Shown here: positions 55,330-64,000 of the stretch, piece after piece | Layout of the letters: every line of letters starts with the position of its first letter | How positions within the stretch are numbered: the stretch's first letter is position 1 | From: the human T2T-CHM13v2.0 reference genome, Homo sapiens | DNA: 64,000 nucleotides | Assembly: GCF_009914755.1 (NCBI RefSeq) | Contig: NC_060926.1 | Strand: one strand, 5' to 3' | The notes under the pieces: model-generated | What the model was told of the DNA's origin: nothing | Database searches by the model: none | Seen by the model: only the letters and a program-made list of their open reading frames with translations | Made by a program: the position numbers and the translations under genes

Positions 55330-56599
55330 CAGGGAATAATTTGTCTGTTAATGCCAGGAATTCCTGACTTTTAAATAGTTTTCTCTAAGTTCCACCTGAA
55401 AACTAAACAAGATCTTTAGCTCATCTGTCTCTATTTCTCACTTTATGGTGCACAACTACAAGAAACCAATTGACACTCGTTGAACACGTGCTTGGAAATC
55501 CAGTTAGATCTGTCAATTCATGGGATACATTGTCTATTTTCCATGTTACTGCTGATGCCAGTTGTGCTTAACTCTCCATCATTACGTAACGAGAACTCTG
55601 TTTTCCTCCAGTTTCCAATAAAGTCTCCCTGAATTTCCTTTAAGCCCTCCCAAAGCCTCCTCAATGCCCATTCAAGTATACACATATGACCCAGCCCCAA
55701 AGCCAACAACATGTTTAAGAATTTTCTTTATGTTTTAAATCTTTTGTGGTTTTTTTTTTCAATTTCATTTTTGTTCAGTGGTTTCACCCCACTTCAAGTT
55801 ACCAAGTTCTATTCCAACTACTATTGCTACCTACGAATCCTATCTCCAACCAAAGGCATACACAAACCATTGTTCATGCATTCACTTCTGCTCCATCTAG
55901 TGTTCAAAGTCATTCCCAAACCCTCTAGTTACAAGAGGGAGAGTACGTGAACCCTACAGCACAAGAGAAAATGTGCCAACCAATTTGCAGCCATTTATTA
56001 AAACTTCCACAAGTGATATTCACCCATTGGTTAGCATTCTTAAAATATGTAAGTTTAATGAGCAAAAAATATGTGAAGCTGAGATATTAACAACTTAGGG
56101 AATTTTTTCAGAAACCTTTAAACCTGTAAAAGTACTCACCAATCCTTCCTATATGTAGGATTCCTCCTTCTATGACTACTACTTTCTTTTCTGTATATAA
56201 GAATAATTGTTTCTAAAACAGGTTCTCTGCCATCCAGTGACATAAGTCTCTTCTGCTAATGAGCCTACAAACATTTCTCATTATTTGTTAGCTCAAATCC
56301 AATGTTTTTCAAACACCCTTTATTTGCCTCTGCCTTGAGTTTTGACTCTTAACTTCCCCTTCTCCTCAACATCAATTCTGTATTCCAGAAAGTTCAGTCC
56401 TCCCTGTATGCCTTCATAGTTTGAGTCCTTGTCACTTTTCTATTTCTGGTGGCATGGAATTTATCTTTCTTCCCCATCAATCCGAATCATATGTTTGCTA
56501 TAACAAATGGGTAATATCTAACTTTTCCCAAAAGACTGGCCTTACCCAGCATCTCACAGTTTTCTTTCTCTTTTAATTGCTAAGTCTTCTAGACCATGT

Positions 56600-57110
56600 G
56601 TTTTTTTTTTTTTTTTTTCACTGTAGACCCTGTTAGATAAATGAGTTTCAGACTTACATTTCCATTTGCTTTGTGTTACTTAAAATCTATTTCTGGATGG
56701 CTAAGTTAATTGTTTCCTTGGACATTTTTGTATGTTTGGTTTTTAAAAAATTCTCTCATTCATGGTGTTGAGCTCCCTCAGATGTCTGCTGATCATTAGT
56801 TTTATACTTTTGTTTTTTAGCAGAATTTTCTTATTCATATTCTGGGCTGTACTGATGCCCCTTGTGGGCTGTGACATTGTATTTGGGTCCTCAGCTTATT
56901 ACTGTTGTGGTAAATTTAGTTGGCTGCCTTTTTTTTTCTCCAAATATACTGTGCAAATTCAGCACCTCTGAGAATTCTCCTGTATTCTGGGCATAGCTAT
57001 GTGCTTATTAATCAGTTTTTATGGTTCTCTTTCTGTACTTTTGTAGATTTGGTGTGGCAAGCAGTGATTTCAGTATGTGCTCAGTCTGCCATTTTGACAG
57101 TGAAATTGTC
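56600..57110 (-). mobile_element. Ancient HAL1/L1M 5' fragment
   Basis: CAGTCTGCCATTTTGACAGTGAAATTGTCC resembles an antisense L1/HAL1 5' end. Confidence 0.4.
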
Positions 57111-57461
57111 CACTGTATACTTTATGTTGCCTTTCACACAATTGGCAAGACTCGTATTTTTAGCATCTTGGCTTACATTGTAGCTAAAAGAGTATCTTAA
57201 ATGTGGTAGCAGCTCAATTAATGTGTTTTCAATGACAATTTAATGCCTTGGTTCTAATTTAGGGTTTAATTCTGACATAATCTTGGGAATATAATTTTAA
57301 AGTGAAATGAAACCATAATATCTCCCCAAAGATGTAAAATGTAAGAAAATATTCATAACCAGAAATGAATGTGGGAGTTGAGATTTGTTTCAGAGAAAAA
57401 AAATACTGTTAGATTTAATCTACACTACTCTAGCCATTTCAGCTCAGACTGTGGCTTATTC

Positions 57462-57990
57462 CTTCATTCAACAAATATTTGAGTAACTTGTGGTTTTCAG
57501 GTGTTGTTCTGGGTGCTGAGTTATAGAAATAAACAAACAAAAAACAACAAAACAGCCATCAAAAACCCTATATGTGCAAAACCACTAAGATGCACATACC
57601 TCTTGTTATCAAGGAGGCAGTATGGCTTAAACAGAAGAAGTGACAGGAAAGTACAAGATAATATGAGCAGAGAGGTGATGAAAGCAAGATTGTACAGAAA
57701 GTCTTAGATCATTGTAAAGATTCAGTCTTTTACTCTGAGCCATATGGGGGACCACCAGAAGATTTGGGTAGAAGAGTGATATTATTTTACTTATACTTTT
57801 GCAGTGCCACTGCTGCGTAGATGTCAACCAGCCATGTGTATATTAGCCTGGAAGGGCAGAAACCAGAGTCCAATTTGGATGCCATTGTCATTATTTAAGC
57901 AAGAAATGGAGGTGGCTTGGACAAGGAGTAATAGTGATAAAGGTGGTGAGAAGTGGTCAAATTTGGGGCTACTGATATAAATGTGAAAGA
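57462..57990 (-). mobile_element. L2 3' region
   Basis: TTCATTCAACAAATATTTGAGT...TTCTGGGTGCTGAG...GGTGGCTTGGAC...GAGAAGTGGTCAAATTTG. Confidence 0.75.
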
Positions 57991-58323
57991 CTGAAGAATA
58001 AATTCATTTTGGAAATATGTAAGGCTCTATTTTTTAAATGTCCCAGAATCAAGGCCAATTTTATTAACCAAAACCATAAAGGTAAAAAAGAGAGTGCTCT
58101 AAAACTCTTATAACCATAAGAGAATTTCTCCCTTGCATTTCAGAAGACATTTCAATCTTCCAGGCTTTATTAAAATGGAGGTGATTTATTGCTAGAGGGA
58201 CAAGTACTTCAAATGATATCCTTCCCTAGCTCCTCTAGTAGTGCCCATCACCTGCATTTACTTTCACTATGCCCTATAAGCAGCCATTCTCAAGCTTTTT
58301 GGTCTCAGGACCCTTTTACTGTC

Positions 58324-58681
58324 TGATATGGTTGGGCTTTGTCCCCCCGCTCAAATCTCACCTTGAAGTATAATATCCCCCACATGTCAAAGATGGGGCC
58401 AGGTAGAGATAATTGAATCATGGGGGCAGTTTTCCCCATATTGTTCTCATGTTAGTGAATAAGTCTCATGAGATCTGATGGTTTTATAAATAGGAGATCC
58501 CCTGCACAAGCTCTCTTGCCTGCCACCATGTAAGATGTGACTATGCTCCTCATTCACCTTCCACCATGAGTTTGTCACCTCCCCAGCCATGTGGAACTGT
58601 GAGTTAATTAAACCTCTTTCCTCTATAAATTACACAGTCTTGGGTATGTCTTTATTAGCAGCATGAGAACAGACTAATAAA
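58324..58681 (+). mobile_element. THE1B MaLR solo LTR
   Basis: TGATATGGTTGGGC...GAGAACAGACTAATAAA; perfect TSD CTGTC at 58319-58323 and 58682-58686. Confidence 0.93.
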
Positions 58682-58696
58682 CTGTCTTAGAAATTT

Positions 58697-59558
58697 TTCT
58701 GGCTCCGATCAATAGTCAGAAGCCACACAGTAATTTTAACAGGGAAAATTTAATGTAAAGAATTACTACTGAGCTACCATGAAGAATAACCATGAAGATG
58801 GAAAGATAGCTCTAAAGGGGACTCTGGAACTGAGGGACAGTTGCTAAAGGAAAATAAACTTTAAAAAAAACAACAAAACAAAACAAACAACAACAACAAA
58901 AAAAACTGTGTTCCCAAGGATGGGGCTCAGACTTTGTTGAAAAAGGTTTGGTGATAGCCCACTGGATGATAGAGAACTTTGTTGTTTCCTGGAATGAAGC
59001 TGGTCCACAGTCCACAAGCAAGTGGAATGAACGTTCTGGGGTGCAGGCGACCTGAAGTTAGTGTCCAGGCCCTTACAGACTCAGAGCACCATTGCAGACA
59101 CTGCTGAAACCAGGACCTGGACAGGTCTCCCTTTGAAGGAAACTAGCTTATTGTGGCCTGAGCCATGTGGAGTAAAGGTAGAGTGGTCTACTCGCTAAAT
59201 AAAAGCATGATAGGGCCCCTGGTATGAGCAGTTGTGCACTAGGCTAAAGAGAGGATGTGGGGAGCAGTAACAGGTTGGGCTGTACATTCCCACAATGTCA
59301 GAGGTCCTGGTTTCACTGCTGATGCCTGAGTTGACTGCTTCAGAAAGCATGTTTTGTAGGAGCCTGACAATGAAACCACACTAGAAGCAGAAGGGGAACC
59401 CAAATCCCTCACCAGTGTCAATGCAGTTCCCTTACACACAAAGCTTAACTTCTTGCTGTTTCGAAAAGGTGAAATATGTAAAAGCACAGTACCATTATGA
59501 CAGAGCAGGCAAACAGGCTGAATTTGGAGCTGAGAAGAATACATTAATACCTGGCACA
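58697..59558 (-). mobile_element. Ancient LTR (LTR78-like; name uncertain)
   Basis: CAGAAGCCACACAGTAATTTTAACAGGGAAAATTTAATGTAAAGAATT...GCTGAGAAG...CTGGCACA; cleanly interrupts Charlie1a. Confidence 0.55.
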
Positions 59559-59993
59559 AGGATCCCAAAGGAGATTTTGTTTATGTGGATGAAATCTATT
59601 ATAGATTAACACTTTAGAAATTTATAAAATATTTTATAAATTTTAGATTTGCAATAAATCCATTATAAGTCAACGTATGTTCATATTTTATGAACAATAT
59701 TTTTTAAATAGTGCAAAGAGTGGTATTATTTTACAAGTTGAAAATTACTTTGATGACTGATTTAAGAGAAGACAATTGGATTCTCATATCTGCTTCTGCA
59801 TTCAACCTATTACAATATACTGTTTGTTTGCAGTATATTTTAAAACGTCAATTTACCCTCAGAGATATATACTTGCAGATTGGAGGAATATTTTCATTGC
59901 CTTTTCATATAGCTGTGGATAGTCTTCATTGATATAACACCCAAAATTGACAAGTTTTTCCTTAAAGATTGGTTGCACTGTGTAATCTGAAAC

Positions 59994-60502
59994 TGTAGCA
60001 GGAGGAGCCACAGACAAAACCCCACAGACACCGAGGTAGTGAAGGAAGTGGCTTTTCATCAGCTGGAAACATTGGCAGACTAGTGTCTCAAAATCCGAGC
60101 TTGTCGAGTGCACAATTTCTGTCCCTTTTAAGGGCTCACAACACTAAAGATTTTACATGAAAGGGCCATGATTGATTGAGCAATCTAGGGGGTATGTGAC
60201 AGGGGCTGCCTGCACCAGTAATCAGAGTGAAGCAGAAGAGAACGAAAAGTTTCACAATGTCCTTCCATACAATGTCTGGAATCTGTGGATAACATCAGTT
60301 GCTAGGTCATGGGTTGAATTTTAACTATCAGGCTAAGGTCAGCCAGGCTCAGGCCTGGTTTTGGGTCTGGTTTTGGGTCTGGTGCCTGCCACAGGGCTGC
60401 CTGCCTTTGGTTTCACTTCCTTGTTTCTTCTTAAAACATGTGCTGAGTATAAAACAATATAGAACATTATGGGGGGGGGGGGTCTCTTTCTCTCTTCTCT
60501 CA
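59994..60502 (-). mobile_element. LTR2-family (HERV-E/Harlequin) solo LTR
   Basis: TGTAGCAGGAGGAGCCACAGACAAAAC...CTCTTCTCTCA; TSD AAAC at 59990-59993 and 60503-60506. Confidence 0.9.
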
Positions 60503-61471
60503 AAACTATCAATGAACTCTTCATTTTCGATTACATAAATATGCACTGATAAATCTTGCATTTTGAACAAATGTTTACCCACACGTGATTTTGTAACAAT
60601 GTATTGGTCATTTGCAAAATGTTGGTTCACTCATTTATGCAGGACTCTTAAATGCAGGACTCTTAAATTTATGCAGGACACACTTAATTAGAATATGCTG
60701 CAAAAAAATCACATTCATTTAAGTACAAATAATCTCATCAGAAAAGTCATTAAATATTGTGAAACTGACAAACTCACAGTGGCAGATAAGTTTTCCAAAA
60801 TGTTAATTTCCCCTTGAAAGCTCAAGTTTTATTCTTGGCAGCATATGTCAGTTGCTTTCATCTGTTGTTTATTTTTGAGAAAATATCTTACAAATATGCA
60901 AGTCAAAATATTCTGTTTATCAGTTTGTCATTCTTTTAAGTAAAAATGATGTTCCATGAGGAAAAGCTGTTTGTTCAACCTCATAACTTAATCATATAAG
61001 GTCTTTTCCTTTAGGCAACCATCATACTTCAGTAGGCAGGAGTACTTTATGCATGCTTTTCATTTTGTCATGCAGAATATTGAAAATGTGTGCTCAAAAT
61101 TGGGAATTTAATAAAATTAATACTGCTTCATCGAGGACATTCAGAAGTGAAATTGTGATTGTATTACTGAAAAAATGTGACTGAAAAATACAATGACTAC
61201 TAGTTCATGTCTTGATCCCTGCAGAGGCACCAGTCCTTTTCCTCATCATTGCCTTTGAAATGTCATTTCTTCCTTTTCTGAACTCCCTTAGTGCTTTTGA
61301 TGTACTTTAGTATATGTACCTTACTCACCCTTGAATTATGATCATTTATGTGGCTGTACTCACACCATTCTCAAGCTCCCTAAAGTCAAGATTGATATTT
61401 GATTTCTTTTTATTTTCCAACTTTCCCACCCTCATGCAAATGCCTAACTCAGTGACTTCATACAGTACATG

Positions 61472-62176
61472 TGGAACTGCCCAATGGGTTCTTTTGCTTG
61501 CTATGCAGATACAGTGAATTTATCAAGACATAGGAATTGCAATAGAGAAACAGTTTAATTCACACAGAGCTGACTGAATGGGAGAACAGAGGAGATGTAT
61601 TACTCAAACCAGTTTCTCCAGAAATTCAGAGAGGGTCTTTTAAGAATAATGTGGTGGGTAGGGGGCTGGGGAGTGAGGAGTGCTGATTGGTCAGGTCAGA
61701 GATTAAATCATAGGGGGTTGAAATGGGTTCTTCTTGCTGTGTTCCTGATCCAGATTACCAGTCTGGGTGGAGCCAACTGATTCACCAGAATGCAAGGTCT
61801 AAAAAATATCTCAAGGACAAATCTTAGGTTTTACAATACTGATGTTATCCCTGGTAGCATTAGGGGAAGTGCAGAATCTTGTGGCCTCTGGCTGCATGAC
61901 TCCTAAGCCGTAATTTCTAATCTTGTGACTAATTTGTTAGTCCTACAAAAGCAATCTGGTCCTCAGGCAAGAAGGGGATTTGTTTCAGGAAGGAGCTATT
62001 ATCATCTTTGTTTCAAAGCTGAACTATAAACTAAGTTCCTCCCAAGTTAGTTTGGCCTACACCTAGAGATGAACAAAGGCAGCCTGGAGGTTAGAAGTAA
62101 GATGGAGTCAGTTAGGTTAGATCTCTTTCACAGTCATAATCTTCTCACTGTCACAATTTTTCCAAAAGTGGTTTCA
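61472..62176 (-). mobile_element. LTR8-family ERV1 solo LTR inserted in an L2 3' end
   Basis: AACTGCCCAATGGGTTC...GAATTGCAATAGAGAAA...AGATGGAGTCAGTTAGGTTAGATCTCTTTCAC...GGTTTCA; L2 tail AATAAATATTTGTTGAATGAAT follows. Confidence 0.85.
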
Positions 62177-62389
62177 GTTATCTAATAAATATTTGTTGAA
62201 TGAATAAATAAATTAACATTTTAAAAGACAATATTTATTAAAATCTTGTTGATGTTTATTCCTGTTAAGTCCCTCTATACTTAACCTGCATACAATGTCA
62301 GATTGCAATACTTGTATGCATTGTAATTTATGCTTACCAGTATACAAGAGTAATAATTGGCCTTACAGGAATATATATGCATGATTTTA

Positions 62390-62560
62390 TTTTAATTATT
62401 GATTTACTTCTCTGTTTCCCTTATGATAATGAAGCTCCTTGAAGGTAAGGCATATCTTATTTTTCATTTTGAAAGCTCAGTGTCTAGCACAGTGCCTTAG
62501 GTGTATGAGTCACTCAAAAATTGGTTGCTTATAAATAAAAGAATGAATAAATGAATGATT
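62390..62560 (+). mobile_element. L2 3' end
   Basis: AAGCTCCTTGAAGGTAAGG...CAGTGTCTAGCACAGTGCC...GAATGAATAAATGAATG. Confidence 0.7.
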
Positions 62561-62904
62561 TGGGGATAAAAAAATGTATCACACATAAAGAAGACAGGAA
62601 CTTTTCTTGTACATGGCGTCCACTAAAAATAAGCTATATTTTATAGATTACAAAATATATCCACACAGAAGATTTTACTTGTCTTTATGATATAACATTA
62701 AAGTAAAAAGCACAGAAATTGTTCACCATTTCTGTCACTTGTCATTGCTCCACATTTATGCTAATGTTATCCAGTTCTTTTACTTATTTTGAATATTAAC
62801 TTTCGATTGACTTTTGGCTGCATGATACATACATACACATGGACAGATCCATAATTAATTGAACATTTGGATGACTTTACCATACTGCTAAAGTTATAAT
62901 AGAC

Positions 62905-63140
62905 ACAATAGTTAACATTTGTTGACTATATACTACATATTGTGACAAATGTTAAATATTAATTGTTACATTTATCTTAACAACCATGTGAAGGAGATTA
63001 TATAAGTGTTTGCATTTTCCCGCAAGGAAATGGAAGCATAGAAAAATCAAGTAATTTATAGAAATTTACACATTCAGCAACTAGAGCTGGGATTTGAACC
63101 CAAGTGAACTGACTTCATCATTCTCTTAAATACTATAATA
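62905..63140 (-). mobile_element. MIR
   Basis: CAAGGAAATGGAAGCATAGA...GAGCTGGGATTTGAACCCAAG. Confidence 0.6.
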
Positions 63141-63501
63141 TAATGTCATCCTCTCCACACAAATAATCATAAAATATCGTTAAAAAGCCAGTACTAGGCT
63201 AGACCTTCTAAATTTGACACTGTTTAACATTGTAACAGTTTGTAACTTCACAAATGTACCCTACAGATGAAGAAACAACACGTAGCAGGAGGCTGTATTG
63301 CCTTTAATAGCTTGTTTTACATGATGGTGTGGAATTAAATAACTGTAATAATTTGAATTCCACTGACATATATTGCCACTGCTCTTGTAATAGTCTATCA
63401 ACTCACAGAGTCCTCTCTTAATTCACCACTAGTTTCTGGGAACCCCAGGGGATATAAAAAATGCTCATAAACATGTCTCTTTCCATCAGTCGTCATGAAC
63501 T

Positions 63502-63503
<2 letters not shown>

Positions 63504-63550
<47 letters not shown>

Positions 63551-63829
63551 TTGAGACAAGGTCTTGCTCTGTCACCTAGAGCGGTAAAATCATTGATGCT
63601 CACTGCAACCTCAAACTCCTGAGATCAAGTGATCCTCCTGCCTCAGCCTCCTGAGATGCTGGGATTACAAGTGTACACCACCATGGCCAGCTGCTCTTTT
63701 AATGATTTGGTAGAAATAGGGGTCTCATTATATTGCTCAGGCTGGTCTCAAACTCCTGAGCTTAAGTGAATCTCCTGCCTTGGTCTCCCAAAGTGCTGGA
63801 ATTACTGGCACGAGTCATTACACCCACCC
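63504..63829 (-). mobile_element. AluJ with a (TG)n tail (63504-63548)
   Basis: Diverged antisense Alu with J-type GAGACAAGGTCTTGCTCTGTCACC and GATCCTCCTGCCTCAG. Confidence 0.88.
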
Positions 63830-64000
63830 TGTGATCTTTGGGTAAAGGTGATTGCCCTCTATAATGTAAGTGGGACTCATGCAAACAGTTGAAGGCCTAA
63901 ATAGAATAAAAAGGCCAGCCTTCCTAAACTGGAAAAAATACTCCAGCAGATTGCTTTTAGTCTCTCTCTCTCTGGTTCTTTCAGTCTCTCTCATACACAC
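63830..64000 (+). mobile_element. MLT2 (ERVL) LTR fragment
   Basis: GATTGCCCTCTATAATGTAAGTGGGACTCATGCAAACAGTTGAAGGCCTAAATAGAATAAAAAGG. Confidence 0.8.

Larger units (their letters stand above)
58281..61260. mobile_element. Charlie1a-like hAT transposon in four pieces (58281-58323, ~58682-58696, 59559-59993, 60503-~61260)
   Basis: CAGCCATTCTCAAGCTTTTTGGTCTCAGGACCCTTTTAC / GATCCCAAAGGAGATTTTGTTTATGTGG / TAATCTCATCAGAAAAGTC read continuously once the LTRs are removed. Confidence 0.8.

Overview
AT-rich primate genomic DNA, most likely human or another great ape (Alu, THE1B, LTR12C and L1PA2/3 are present), resembling a gene desert or large intron. No intact protein-coding gene is supported, and the ORF track is mostly repeat-derived or chance ORFs. 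The only gene-derived sequence is a decayed ~2-kb processed pseudogene of UBE2V1 (+ strand, ~16746-18731) with a foreign insert in its CDS. Much of the window is transposon-derived, often nested and with readable target-site duplications (TSDs): an LTR12C solo LTR in an end-to-end old L1, MER52 in MER51 in MIR, a two-LTR ERVL provirus inside a two-LTR MLT1 element, and a Charlie1a split by three LTRs. Tigger3b, an Hsmar1 5' end, MER2, MER53 and MER58A are also present. The most unusual observation is a fossil Alu monomer whose 13-bp TSD also encloses a 3' flank ending in AATAAA, TTTT and a second A tail, suggesting retrotransposition of a Pol III read-through, polyadenylated SINE transcript. 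Several repeat-free blocks are candidate enhancers or lncRNA exons. I found no convincing new multi-gene system. Repeat names come from recalled consensus sequences, not a database search, so subfamily calls and boundaries without TSDs are approximate.
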